Assembly: GCA_017452475.1 (NCBI GenBank)
Contig: JAFTMJ010000044.1
Span: 1-59,659 of the forward strand
DNA from: Clostridia bacterium
Lineage (GTDB): Bacteria > Bacillota > Clostridia > Oscillospirales > CAG-272
DNA: 59,659 bases
Direction of reading: 5' to 3'
Of this stretch, positions 1 through 9,496 are shown piece by piece (the stretch's first letter is position 1; every line of letters begins with the position of its first letter). Under the pieces are notes generated by a model. That model was not told the origin of the DNA, ran no database searches, and was given only the letters and a program-made list of their open reading frames with translations. A program made the translations under genes and the position numbers.

Positions 1-150
1 ATTGCAAAGGACATTGTTATTGCTTTCTACGTAGTTGAGGTAAACAACGAAACAGGGGCAGAGACACTTACCTTTGTAAACAAGGGCGAGGGTGCGTACA
101 ACGGCTTTGAGGCTATAAGCTACTTGGGCGCTGCTGAATTGGCAAAATAA
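1..150 (+). CDS. 3' end of a gene entering from the left edge (hypothetical protein)
   Basis: Frame 1 is open from base 1 (IAKDIVIAFYVVEV...AAELAK) to TAA at 148-150 and is followed by a terminator. Confidence 0.7.
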   Translation: MAKDIVIAFYVVEVNNETGAETLTFVNKGEGAYNGFEAISYLGAAELAK

Positions 151-166
151 AATTTAACAAGCTACG

Positions 167-199
167 GCGTGATGCTCCCCTTCGGGCATCACGCTTTTT
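167..199 (+). terminator. Intrinsic terminator
   Basis: GCGTGATGC/GCATCACGC stem followed by TTTTT. Confidence 0.8.
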
Positions 200-210
200 G
201 TATAAACAAA

Positions 211-360
211 GACGCCCCCTCAGTCAGCAGAGAGCTGACAGCTCAGCACAAGGCACGGCGCAAGCGCTCGCCTCAGCCGATGGAGCCTACAAAGCCATTT
301 ATGGCAAAGCGTAATAATTGCATGGCTGCGGCTAGCTAGTAGTGTCTAGGGCTATGCCCG
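211..360. repeat. GC-rich palindromic intergenic element (REP/MITE-like or ncRNA candidate)
   Basis: Hairpins GTCAGC-agaga-GCTGAC (223-239) and GCCAT-tt-ATGGC, plus CAGCC/GGCTG pairing; lies between two terminators; no obvious gene. Confidence 0.4.
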
Positions 361-366
361 AAAATG

Positions 367-394
367 AAAAACCGACCCAAGCGGGTCGGTTTTT
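367..394 (-). terminator. Intrinsic (bidirectional) terminator downstream of trxB
   Basis: AAAA-ACCGACCC-aagc-GGGTCGGT-TTTT. Confidence 0.8.
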
Positions 395-432
395 GATTGT
401 ATAACGGTGAGGTTTATATTCCTGTGGGGTAA

Positions 433-1335
433 TTATCTTCCCTCGATGTAGTCACAAGCGGCAAGGGCTGCAATAGCTCCGTCGGCACAGGCGGTGGCAA
501 CTTGGCGAATACGCTTACTGCGGCAGTCACCTGCAACAAAAACGCCCTTTGTGTCAGCCTTACAGCTCTCGTCAACATCTGCGTAGCCGTAGGGGTTAAG
601 CTTTAGCACGTTTGCAAAGATTTCGTTTTGCGGTATTAAGCCAATGGCAACAAACAAGCCGTCAACGGTTAGGGTGCGCTTTTCGCCCTTATCGTTTGTT
701 ATAACAACGCCGCTTAATTCATCCTCGCCCAAAAGCTCGGTAATTACTGTGCTTGTAATAATTTCAACATTGCTCTTTGCATAAAGCTTGTCAGCAAGCT
801 TTGCTTCTCCTGTAAGCTTTTCAAGGTTTTGGACAACATAAACCTTTTTGCAAAGGTCGGACAGGAGCAAAGCCTCTTGAAGGGCGGAGTTGCCGCCGCC
901 AAGGACACAAACCTCCTTGCCCTCATAAAAGGCACCGTCGCAAACGGCGCAGAAGGAAATGCCGTTGCCGATGAAGTCGGTTTCACGGTCAAGTCCGGGC
1001 AGGCGGTGCTTGGCTCCTGTTGCAATGATAACGGCTTTAGCCTGAAACTCACCACTGTCGGTTATAACGGTTTTAATATCCCCGTCCTTGATTTCCAAGG
1101 CCTCGCAGGGCTCAACCTCGGCGCCCTGCTCCATAATTTGCTCAACCATTTTGTCAGCAAATTCGTTTCCTGTTAAGGAAACAAAGCCCGGGATGTTTTC
1201 AACCTTTGGGGAATAGGTGATTTGACCGCCAAAAGCCGCCTTTTCCATAACAAGAACGCTTTTGTTTGCGCGGCAGGCATATAATGCGGCAGTAAGACCT
1301 GCAGGTCCGCCGCCTATAATTATAATATCGTACAT
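433..1335 (-). CDS. trxB: Thioredoxin-disulfide reductase
   Basis: GGGPAG FAD motif, CAVC redox motif, GGGNSA NADPH motif, GVFVAGD. Confidence 0.9.
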   Translation of the reverse strand: MYDIIIIGGGPAGLTAALYACRANKSVLVMEKAAFGGQITYSPKVENIPGFVSLTGNEFADKMVEQIMEQGAEVEPCEALEIKDGDIKTVITDSGEFQAKAVIIATGAKHRLPGLDRETDFIGNGISFCAVCDGAFYEGKEVCVLGGGNSALQEALLLSDLCKKVYVVQNLEKLTGEAKLADKLYAKSNVEIITSTVITELLGEDELSGVVITNDKGEKRTLTVDGLFVAIGLIPQNEIFANVLKLNPYGYADVDESCKADTKGVFVAGDCRSKRIRQVATACADGAIAALAACDYIEGR

Positions 1336-1393
1336 TTTATTTTCCTTCCTAAAATGGGGCGTCGCAAATGCGACAGCCCCTTTATTAGTTGAT

Positions 1394-3763
1394 TTAGTTG
1401 TTTAGGAACTTCTTAATATCAGAAAGACCTGTGTACTTTTCAAACTCGCCATTCTTAACTACAACAAGTGTAGGAGCCTGCTTGATTTGGTAGCTCTTAG
1501 AAAGGTCAACATGCTCGTTAGCAAGGAGCTTTTCGTACTTAATGCCAAGCTTGTCCATCATAGCGCAAGCAAGCTTGCAGTTTGGACAGGTAGCGGTTGT
1601 GAACAGGTAGTAGCCGTCAGCCTGCTTGCACTCGCAATCCTCTGTAACCTCTACGGTTTCAACAGGCTTGCCGCTTCTAACAAGCTTAGAGTTCTTAATG
1701 TTATAAACAGCTCTGTCCTTGTATTCCTGGCTCTTACCGTCATTCCAGTTCTGAACAGGACGGTAGTAGCCTGTGATACGGCTGTAAACCTCTGTCCTCT
1801 CACCGCACTCGGGACAAGTGAACTGCTCACCTGTTAGGTAGCCGTGGTTCTTACATACAGAGTATGTTGGGGACAAGGTGTAGTATGGGAGCTTGTAGTT
1901 TTCGGCAATTTTTCTTACAAGGTTAGCCGCGCTCTTCCAGTCAGGCATCTTCTCACCCAAGAATGCGTGGAATACTGTACCTGATGTGTAAAGTGTCTGA
2001 AGCTCGTCTTGAATATCAAGAGCTGTGAAGATATCCTCGGTATATCCAACAGGGAGGTGTGAGGAGTTGGTGTAGTAAGGTGTGCCGCCCTTGCCTGTGG
2101 AGGCGTTGATGATTTCGGGGTACTTCTTAACATCGTGCTTAGCAAGACGGTAGGATGTGGACTCAGCTGGGGTAGCCTCAAGGTTGTAAAGGTCGCCATA
2201 CTGCTCCTGGTAGTCGGAGAGGCGCTCTCTCATATGGTTGAGAACATCCTTTGTAAACTGCTGTGCCTTCTCGTTTGTAAGGTCACACTTGATCCAATTT
2301 GCATTCAAGCAAGCCTCATTCATACCAACAAGACCGATGGTGGAGAAGTGGTTGTTGAAGGTGCCGAGATATCTCTTTGTGTATGGGTACAAGCCCTCGT
2401 CAAGGAGCTTTGTAATTACAGTTCTCTTAACCTTAAGTGAACGGGCAGAGATGTCCATAAGTCTGTTAAGACGGGCATAGAAATCCTTTTCATCCTTTGC
2501 AAGGTAAGCAATTCTTGGCATATTGATTGTAACAACGCCAACAGAGCCTGTGGACTCACCGCTACCGAAGAAGCCGCCGGACTTCTTACGAAGCTCACGA
2601 AGGTCAAGACGGAGACGGCAGCACATGGAACGAACATCGCTTGGCTCCATATCGCTGTTAATATAGTTTGAGAAGTACGGTGTACCGTATTTAGCGGTCA
2701 TTTCAAACAGGAGCTTATTGTTTTCTGTTTCGCTCCAGTCAAAGTTAGATGTGATGGAGTAGGTTGGGATTGGGTACTGGAAGCCGCGGCCGTTTGCGTC
2801 ACCCTCGATCATAATCTCGATGAACGCCTTGTTAACCATATCCATTTCAGCCTTACAATCCTTGTACTTGAAGTCTACCTCCTTGCCGCCGATGATACAG
2901 TTAAGCTCTGCCAAGTCAGCAGGAACTGTCCAGTCAAGGGTGATGTTGGAGAACGGTGCCTGTGTACCCCAACGGGATGGAGTGTTAACGCCGTAAACGA
3001 AGGATTGGATGCACTGCTTAACCTCTTTATAAGAAAGGTTGTCAATCTTTACAAACGGTGCAAGATATGTGTCAAAGGAGCTGAATGCCTGCGCGCCTGC
3101 CCACTCGTTCTGCATAATGCCAAGGAAGTTAACCATCTGGTTGCAGAGTGTAGACAAGTGTGAAGCAGGGGAGGAGGTAATCTTACCTACAACACCGCCA
3201 AGACCCTCTTGAATTAACTGCTTAAGTGACCAGCCTGCACAGTAGCCTGTGAGCATAGAAAGGTCGTGAATGTGGATATCAGCATTTCTGTGTGCGTTAG
3301 CGATTTCCTCATCATAAACCTCGCTAAGCCAATAGTTAGCTGTGATTGCGCCGGAGTTTGAAAGGATAAGACCGCCAACAGAATATGTTACTGTGGAGTT
3401 TTCCTTAACTCTCCAGTCATTAATCTTAAGATAGTTGTTAACGATTTCCTTGTAGTCAAGGATTGTGGAGCTTAGGTTACGGAGCTTTTCTCTCTGCTTA
3501 CGGTAGAGGATGTATGCCTTAGCAACATCGTCATAGCCTGCCTTGATGAGAACGGACTCAACGCTGTCCTGAATGTTTTCAACTGTAATAGAATTGTTTT
3601 CAACCTTTGATGCAAAGTCGGAGGTTACCTTAAGCACCAAAAAGTCAATAACATCCTGATGATAGTTCTTTTCGCAAGCCTCAAACGCCTGTGTAATGGC
3701 TCTGCCGATCTTGGAAAGATCAAGGCTTACATTTTTGCCGTCACGCTTAATTACATTATACAT
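1394..3763 (-). CDS. nrdD: Class III anaerobic ribonucleoside-triphosphate reductase with N-terminal ATP cone and C-terminal glutaredoxin-like domain
   Basis: Start reset to MYNVIKRDG (ATG 3763, RBS AAAGGGGA); RSMCCRL loop, YSRITGYY glycyl-radical motif, CKNH/CPEC Zn site, C-terminal CPNC. Confidence 0.93.
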   Translation of the reverse strand: MYNVIKRDGKNVSLDLSKIGRAITQAFEACEKNYHQDVIDFLVLKVTSDFASKVENNSITVENIQDSVESVLIKAGYDDVAKAYILYRKQREKLRNLSSTILDYKEIVNNYLKINDWRVKENSTVTYSVGGLILSNSGAITANYWLSEVYDEEIANAHRNADIHIHDLSMLTGYCAGWSLKQLIQEGLGGVVGKITSSPASHLSTLCNQMVNFLGIMQNEWAGAQAFSSFDTYLAPFVKIDNLSYKEVKQCIQSFVYGVNTPSRWGTQAPFSNITLDWTVPADLAELNCIIGGKEVDFKYKDCKAEMDMVNKAFIEIMIEGDANGRGFQYPIPTYSITSNFDWSETENNKLLFEMTAKYGTPYFSNYINSDMEPSDVRSMCCRLRLDLRELRKKSGGFFGSGESTGSVGVVTINMPRIAYLAKDEKDFYARLNRLMDISARSLKVKRTVITKLLDEGLYPYTKRYLGTFNNHFSTIGLVGMNEACLNANWIKCDLTNEKAQQFTKDVLNHMRERLSDYQEQYGDLYNLEATPAESTSYRLAKHDVKKYPEIINASTGKGGTPYYTNSSHLPVGYTEDIFTALDIQDELQTLYTSGTVFHAFLGEKMPDWKSAANLVRKIAENYKLPYYTLSPTYSVCKNHGYLTGEQFTCPECGERTEVYSRITGYYRPVQNWNDGKSQEYKDRAVYNIKNSKLVRSGKPVETVEVTEDCECKQADGYYLFTTATCPNCKLACAMMDKLGIKYEKLLANEHVDLSKSYQIKQAPTLVVVKNGEFEKYTGLSDIKKFLNN

Positions 3764-3976
3764 TTTTATTTCCCCTTTCAAAATTTTTGGAGCACACCAA
3801 GCTTCGACAAAAAACGGAAAAAGGTCAAAAATAAAATTCCTCAATAAAATATTGAAGAATTTTAAAGTTGAATTTTACACAAAATCGTGAAAATCCTTTA
3901 CCTATGCCCATTGTCGGGCACAAGACCCAATTTCTCAAAACGCAGTGGCGCCAATGATATTTTTTATAGCAAGGAT

Positions 3977-4005
3977 ATTCTATCACATTCGTTGCCGTTT
4001 GTCAA
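3977..4005 (-). promoter_or_regulatory. Sigma-A promoter for nrdD
   Basis: Minus strand TTGACA-17 nt-TAGAAT with extended TG. Confidence 0.75.
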
Positions 4006-4012
4006 TAGGAAA

Positions 4013-4060
4013 ATACAAGATATTGTGTTATTTTTTTAAATTCACCACAAAATGTTGTGT
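4013..4060. promoter_or_regulatory. Tandem NrdR boxes
   Basis: ATACAAGATATTGTGT (4013-4028) and CCACAAAATGTTGTGT (4045-4060) match acaCwAtATaTwGtgt, 32 bp apart, upstream of nrdD. Confidence 0.8.
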
Positions 4061-4746
4061 TATTGACCCCTTATGGAGGTGTTCTTAACATAGGGCAAAA
4101 CAGCCTCTAAAAGTGCCTTAAGCCCTTGTGTGTCAAGGGGGGAGGAGCCCTCCTGCATTATGTTGCCTGAGTCCACAAAGTTCTGTATATAGTATCTTTT
4201 TGCGCCCCGTATCCACTCGCCGATTTTCTTAAAATCCTCGGGGGTGTGCAATTCTTGGGTAACGGTGGTGCGGAACTCGTAATCAACATTGCCCTCCATT
4301 AAAATTTTGACGCTTTTTTCCACATCCTCAAGGCAGAGCTTGTCCGTGCCTGCGGTTAAGGGGTACTTTTCACGGCAGTTTTTAATATCCATTGCCACAT
4401 AGTCAACAAGACCCAAATCAATTGCTTCCTTCAGCTTGTTTGGATAGCAGCCGTTTGTGTCCAATTTTATAAGCAAGCCTAAATCCTTTACTTTTTTCAT
4501 AAAGTCAAAAAGGTCGCTCTGAAGCATTGGCTCGCCGCCGCTTACAACAACACCGTCAAGCACGCCACGCCTTTTATTTAAATAGGAAAGAATTTCGTTT
4601 TCGTCAAAAAGCTCCTCCTTGTCAAGCACAAGGCGCCTGTTGTGGCAGAAGGGACACCTAAGGTTACAGCCGTAGGTAAATACGGTGCAGGCAATTTTGC
4701 CCGGGAAGTCAAGCACTGTCATTTTTTGAAAGCCGCCAATTAGCAT
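4060..4746 (-). CDS. nrdG: Anaerobic RNR activating radical SAM protein
   Basis: GCNLRCPFCHN, SGGEP and DTNG motifs; adjacent to nrdD. Confidence 0.88.
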   Translation of the reverse strand: MLIGGFQKMTVLDFPGKIACTVFTYGCNLRCPFCHNRRLVLDKEELFDENEILSYLNKRRGVLDGVVVSGGEPMLQSDLFDFMKKVKDLGLLIKLDTNGCYPNKLKEAIDLGLVDYVAMDIKNCREKYPLTAGTDKLCLEDVEKSVKILMEGNVDYEFRTTVTQELHTPEDFKKIGEWIRGAKRYYIQNFVDSGNIMQEGSSPLDTQGLKALLEAVLPYVKNTSIRGQ

Positions 4747-4854
4747 AAGAAAAACTCCTTTACAGTTTCTTTAATAATTTTATCATATTTGAAATGCTAA
4801 AGCAAGGTGTTTGGCGCTAAAACAAAATGTTTGTGCAAAAGCAACAAAGCGCAA

Positions 4855-4881
4855 AAAAGGACCGCTTGCAGGCGGTCCTTT
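4855..4881 (-). terminator. Intrinsic terminator
   Basis: AAAGGACCGC-ttgcag-GCGGTCCTTT with A-tract on the left. Confidence 0.7.
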
Positions 4882-4928
4882 GTTATATGCAAATAGCCGT
4901 TTTTGATTTTTGGGGCGCTCAATCTTAA

Positions 4929-5453
4929 TTAAAATGACTCGGAAGCATCGGCTGTATTGTCGGCATTTTTGATAATGGCATAGATAATGAGCATTACCGA
5001 AGTGACAATAATCGATATGAATAAAGGCCTTGCGGCATCCGCAAGCATTTGCTGAACGGTAAGGTCATAATAGCCTCTGATATCCGAGGATGGGTCATTT
5101 GTCGGAAGCCCGCTTATATTATTTACCGCAAACAAAGCGATGAATGAGCCGATTATGGAAAGTGAAGATATTACTATTGCAGTAATTTGAGAGGCTTTAC
5201 ATTTTTTCAAAATAAAAAATACGCAAGCAAAGGCAACTGCACAGGCACAAACAAACGCAACAACCGAAAGTATAATTGAACGAACAAGGAAAAATTCTTG
5301 ATCATTCTCATTTATAAAAGAATAAAAAGGTGGCAGCGAGAACTTGAAGCCGATAATTTGAAAGAAGGAAATCATATTAATAATTCCTGTTATAAATCCG
5401 ATAACGCAGTAGGCTAAAACTCCTGCAAACAAAGCATCAATACATTTTTTCAT
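4929..5453 (-). CDS. Hypothetical membrane protein (~4 TM)
   Basis: 174 aa, four hydrophobic stretches, AAGGAG RBS. Confidence 0.7.
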   Translation of the reverse strand: MKKCIDALFAGVLAYCVIGFITGIINMISFFQIIGFKFSLPPFYSFINENDQEFFLVRSIILSVVAFVCACAVAFACVFFILKKCKASQITAIVISSLSIIGSFIALFAVNNISGLPTNDPSSDIRGYYDLTVQQMLADAARPLFISIIVTSVMLIIYAIIKNADNTADASESF

Positions 5454-5483
5454 AATTTTTTCTCCTTTAAATTTTGTTTTAAA

Positions 5484-6317
5484 TTATTTTATTTTTTCTA
5501 TCAGCGAAGGAATACACTCCTCAAATTTGACACCGTAGGGGTGAGAATCCGCCTCGGGCAGGGTGGATTTGATACATTCAACGGTGAAGTTAACGGCAAT
5601 TTCAAGGGCGCGCTTAATGTCGAAGCCCTTTGTTATTGCGCCAACGAGGGTGCTGGCAAAGGTGTCCCCCGTGCCGTGGAAATTGCGGTCAATATTTTCC
5701 GCCTTGTAGTAGTAAAACTCTTGTGTTTCGCTATCGTAATAATATGCGCCCTGAGTAGATTTTTCAAAGGCAATGCCTGTAATAACCGCCTTTTTTGCGC
5801 CTAAGGCGGTTAGCTTTTTAAGCAGTGACTTAATATGCTCCTCATCGTAGCTTTCCGTGTACGGTGTGCCTGTTAAGAAGGATGCCTCCGTTATATTGGG
5901 CACAACAATGTCAGCGCACGCGCAAAGCCGCGCCATATGGGCAGGGAACTCCATATCGAAGCCTGTGTACATCTTGCCCTTATCCGCCATGGCGGGGTCC
6001 ACAAACAAAAGGGTTTCTTCCTTTTTAAAGTCCTTAATAAAATCAATGGTGTAGTCGATTTGCTTTACTGAGCCTAAATATCCTGTATATATGGTGTCAA
6101 AGGAAATATTATATTTTTTCCAATGGTCAGCAATTTTGGGGATATCGTCGCTTAGATCCCTAAAGGTAAAGCCCTCAAAGCCGCCTGTATGGGTGGAAAG
6201 GATAGAGGTGGGGATAATGGCGCACTCAATGCCCATTGCGGATATTAGGGGCAACGCCACGGTAACGGAGCATTTGCCGAAGCAAGACACATCCTGTATA
6301 GTAACTATTCTTTTCAT
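5484..6317 (-). CDS. pdxK: Pyridoxal/pyridoxamine kinase
   Basis: QDVSCFGKCS, LSTHTGGF, TGYLGS, VDPAMAD, FHGTGD. Confidence 0.88.
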   Translation of the reverse strand: MKRIVTIQDVSCFGKCSVTVALPLISAMGIECAIIPTSILSTHTGGFEGFTFRDLSDDIPKIADHWKKYNISFDTIYTGYLGSVKQIDYTIDFIKDFKKEETLLFVDPAMADKGKMYTGFDMEFPAHMARLCACADIVVPNITEASFLTGTPYTESYDEEHIKSLLKKLTALGAKKAVITGIAFEKSTQGAYYYDSETQEFYYYKAENIDRNFHGTGDTFASTLVGAITKGFDIKRALEIAVNFTVECIKSTLPEADSHPYGVKFEECIPSLIEKIK

Positions 6318-6348
6318 TAATTTTCCCTCCCTCGTTATTAATGGTTAA

Positions 6349-6377
6349 ATTATACAACCGAAAAGAGCGTTTGTCAA
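6349..6377 (-). promoter_or_regulatory. Sigma-A promoter for pdxK
   Basis: Minus strand TTGACA-17 nt-TATAAT. Confidence 0.75.
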
Positions 6378-6424
6378 TAATAATTGAAAAAGTGACAAAA
6401 ACTTATATATATATTAAAAAAATC

Positions 6425-6453
6425 TTGACAAATATATAAATTACTATTATAAT
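6425..6453 (+). promoter_or_regulatory. Sigma-A promoter for dapA-dapB-lysA
   Basis: TTGACA-17 nt-TATAAT. Confidence 0.8.
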
Positions 6454-6517
6454 AAAGACAAATTTACTTTAGTTTAATAAAGTGAATAGTTAATTTTATG
6501 ATTAGGTGGTATAAATT

Positions 6518-7408
6518 ATGAAGAATACATTGTTTGAGGGTGTTGCAACAGCCTTGGTTACCCCAATGCACGAGGATGGCAGCGTTGACTACGAGGCACT
6601 TGACAGGCTGGTAGATTGGCAGATTGAACAGGGCATTAATGCTCTTGTTGCCTGCGGCACAACAGGTGAGGCCTCTACCTTGACAGATGAGGAGCATAGA
6701 GATGTTATTGCAAGGGTTGTAAAGAGAGCTAACAAGCGTGTTCCTGTTATTGCAGGCACAGGCTCAAACGACCTTGAGTATGCGCTTTCCTTGACAAAGT
6801 ATGCTTGTGAGGCAGGGGCTGACGCGGTTTTGGTTGTTACCCCATACTACAACAAGGCAACACAGGCAGGTCTTGTTAAGATGTACACAAAAATTGCAGA
6901 TGAAAGCACTGCTCCTGTAATTTTATATAATGTGCCTTCCCGTACAGGCGTGAACATTGCGCCTGCAACATACAAGGCGCTTTGCGACCACAAGAACATT
7001 ATTGCAATTAAGGAAGCAAACGGTGACATTAGCAAGATTGTTGAAACAATGTCCTATGTTAACGGCAAGCTTGACCTTTATAGCGGTAACGACGACCAGA
7101 TAGTTCCCCTTATGTCCTTGGGCGGCAAGGGTGTTATCTCCGTTGTTTCCAACATTTTACCTGCAAAGACAGTTGAGATGACAAAGAAGTGCTTGGAGGG
7201 CGACTACCGAGGCGCGGCTCAAATTCAGTACGATTTGCACGCTATTATCGACAGTCTGTTCTGCGAGGTTAACCCAATTCCCGTTAAGGCGGCAACTGCT
7301 GCTATGGGCTACGGTGTGAACACACTTCGCTTGCCACTTACCCCAATGAGTGAGGACAAGTATGAAAAGATGCTTACTCTTATGAGGGCGCAGGGAATAA
7401 ATGTATGA
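6518..7408 (+). CDS. dapA: 4-hydroxy-tetrahydrodipicolinate synthase
   Basis: GTTGE, PYYNK, LYNVPSRTG, IKEA, NPIPVK. Confidence 0.95.
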   Translation: MKNTLFEGVATALVTPMHEDGSVDYEALDRLVDWQIEQGINALVACGTTGEASTLTDEEHRDVIARVVKRANKRVPVIAGTGSNDLEYALSLTKYACEAGADAVLVVTPYYNKATQAGLVKMYTKIADESTAPVILYNVPSRTGVNIAPATYKALCDHKNIIAIKEANGDISKIVETMSYVNGKLDLYSGNDDQIVPLMSLGGKGVISVVSNILPAKTVEMTKKCLEGDYRGAAQIQYDLHAIIDSLFCEVNPIPVKAATAAMGYGVNTLRLPLTPMSEDKYEKMLTLMRAQGINV

Positions 7409-8151
7409 TTAAGGTTTTAGTTCACGGCGCTTGCGGCAAGATGGGCGGTTATGTTATGGAGGCACTTAAGAAATGCCCTGATATGGAGCTTTTCTGCGGT
7501 GTTGACCATATGGCAAAGGGGGACGAGCCCTTTACCTGCTATGACAGCTTTGAAAAGGTTGCGGGCAAGCCCGATATAATTATTGATTTTTCCTTCCACA
7601 CCTTGGTTAAGGGTGTGCTTGATTATGCGGTTAAGGCAGGGGTGCCTGTTGTTGTGGCGACCACTGCGCTGACGGATGAGGAAAAGAATGCGGTGTCAAT
7701 TGCCGCAAATAAAATTCCTGTATTTTTAGCTTACAATATGTCCTTTGGCATTGCTCTCCTTTGCGATTTTGCAAAGAAGGCGGCGGCGGCATTTCCCGAT
7801 GCGGACATTGAAATTGTTGAGGCGCACCATAACAGGAAGGTGGACGCGCCAAGCGGCACTGCGGTGATGCTTGCAAACTCCATAAAAGAGGTGCGACCAA
7901 ATGCGGAATATGTATACGGCAGAGGCGGAGAGGCTAAAAGAAATCCAAATGAGATTGGTATCCACGCCTTAAGAATGGCAAATATTGTGGGTGAGCATGA
8001 GGTTTATATCACCACGGATTCACAGCAGCTTGTCCTTCGCCACAATGCGTATGACCGTTCCCTGTTTGCGGACGGTGCCATAAAGGCGGCGCGCTATCTT
8101 GCAGAGCAAGAAACAGGTCTTTATACTATGAGAGATATGTTCAAAAGCTGA
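7405..8151 (+). CDS. dapB: 4-hydroxy-tetrahydrodipicolinate reductase
   Basis: GACGKMG, EAHHNRKVDAPSGTA. Confidence 0.95.
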   Translation: MIKVLVHGACGKMGGYVMEALKKCPDMELFCGVDHMAKGDEPFTCYDSFEKVAGKPDIIIDFSFHTLVKGVLDYAVKAGVPVVVATTALTDEEKNAVSIAANKIPVFLAYNMSFGIALLCDFAKKAAAAFPDADIEIVEAHHNRKVDAPSGTAVMLANSIKEVRPNAEYVYGRGGEAKRNPNEIGIHALRMANIVGEHEVYITTDSQQLVLRHNAYDRSLFADGAIKAARYLAEQETGLYTMRDMFKS

Positions 8152-8185
8152 CCCTGTGTCAGCTTTTGTCAAAAAGGTGATAAAT

Positions 8186-9496
8186 ATGATTTGCAAGGAA
8201 TTATTGCATGAAAATTTGGGTGTTAGGGGTGACAACCTTACCTTTGCAGGCTATGACACTGTGGAGATGGCAAAAAAATACGGCACACCCTTAATGCTTC
8301 TTGATGAGAATAAAATAAGAAACACAATGCGCACATATAAGAGCGCAATGCAGAAATATTTCGGTAAGGACAGTATTCCTCTTTACGCTTCTAAGGCGCT
8401 TTCCTTTGTTGGCATTTATCAAATTGCCAAGGAGGAGGGAATTTGCACGGATATTGTTTCCTTAGGTGAGCTTTGCACTGCAATTAAGGCAGGCTTCCCG
8501 CTTGAGAGGGCGTTTTTCCACGGCAATTGCAAGACGGACAACGATATTGAGTTTGCAATTGACCACGGCATTGGCTTTTTCAATGTGGACACTTACGATG
8601 AGCTTTACGCAATTGACAGAATAGCTAAGGCAAGGGGAGTAAAGCAAAAAATCCTTTTGCGTTTAACCCCGGGCATTGACCCACACACCCACGCGGCTAT
8701 TTCGACAGGTAAGGTGGACAGTAAGTTCGGCACCGCCATTGAAACAGGGCAGGCAATGGAGATAACTAAGGCGGCGCTTAGCCTTGAGGGTGTTGACCTT
8801 CGCGGCTTCCACTGCCATATCGGCTCACAGATTTTTGAGATTGAGCCCTTCTGCGATGCAGCCGATATTATGATTAGGTTTATAGACAGTGTTAAGGCTG
8901 AAACGGGCTTTGAGGCTGAGTATTTAAACCTTGGCGGCGGCTTTGGTGTAAGGTATGTGGAGAGCGACCCCAAAATTGACTACACCGACAATATTAGGCG
9001 TATTTCCGACCACATAAACACCTACTGCTATGAAAAGGGTATGCACAAGCCGAAAATCCTTATGGAGCCGGGCAGAAGCATGGTGGCGGACAGCGGTATG
9101 ACGATTTATACCGTTGGAAGCGTAAAGGAAATTACAGGCTACAAGAATTATGTGGCAATTGACGGCGGTATGTCCGACAACCCAAGGTACGCCCTTTACG
9201 GCTCACAGTACACTGTTTTGTGCGCTAACAAAATGAGCAGCGAGGCAAGCTATGAATGTACAATTGCAGGCAGGCTTTGCGAAAGCGGCGACCTAATACA
9301 GGAAAATGTTAAAATTCCGCCTGTTAAGCGGGGGGATAACATTGCCGTTCTTGTAACAGGCGCATACAACTATGCAATGGCATCAAATTACAACAGGGTT
9401 CCGCGCCCTGCTGTGGTGCTTCTTGGCAAGACTGATAGGGTGGCAATACGCCGTGAGAGCTTTGACGATGTATCTCGCTTAGATGAAACGCTATAA
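8186..9496 (+). CDS. lysA: Diaminopimelate decarboxylase
   Basis: YASKA, HCHIGSQ, LGGGFG, EPGRS, CESGD, GAY; start reset to ATG 8186 behind AAGGTG. Confidence 0.93.
   Translation: MICKELLHENLGVRGDNLTFAGYDTVEMAKKYGTPLMLLDENKIRNTMRTYKSAMQKYFGKDSIPLYASKALSFVGIYQIAKEEGICTDIVSLGELCTAIKAGFPLERAFFHGNCKTDNDIEFAIDHGIGFFNVDTYDELYAIDRIAKARGVKQKILLRLTPGIDPHTHAAISTGKVDSKFGTAIETGQAMEITKAALSLEGVDLRGFHCHIGSQIFEIEPFCDAADIMIRFIDSVKAETGFEAEYLNLGGGFGVRYVESDPKIDYTDNIRRISDHINTYCYEKGMHKPKILMEPGRSMVADSGMTIYTVGSVKEITGYKNYVAIDGGMSDNPRYALYGSQYTVLCANKMSSEASYECTIAGRLCESGDLIQENVKIPPVKRGDNIAVLVTGAYNYAMASNYNRVPRPAVVLLGKTDRVAIRRESFDDVSRLDETL

Noticed and set aside
3764-3844. N-terminal extensions in the ORF track (nrdD here; also lysA 8156, hydrolase 10999, rplC 24695, rplF 31571, rpmJ 36933, proB 52705, U32 53019)
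   Set aside because: Downstream ATGs have better RBSs and/or match family N-termini; some extensions overlap promoters.
6454-6517. Lysine riboswitch upstream of dapA
   Set aside because: Only ~60 nt of AT-rich UTR lies between promoter and start, too short for the aptamer.
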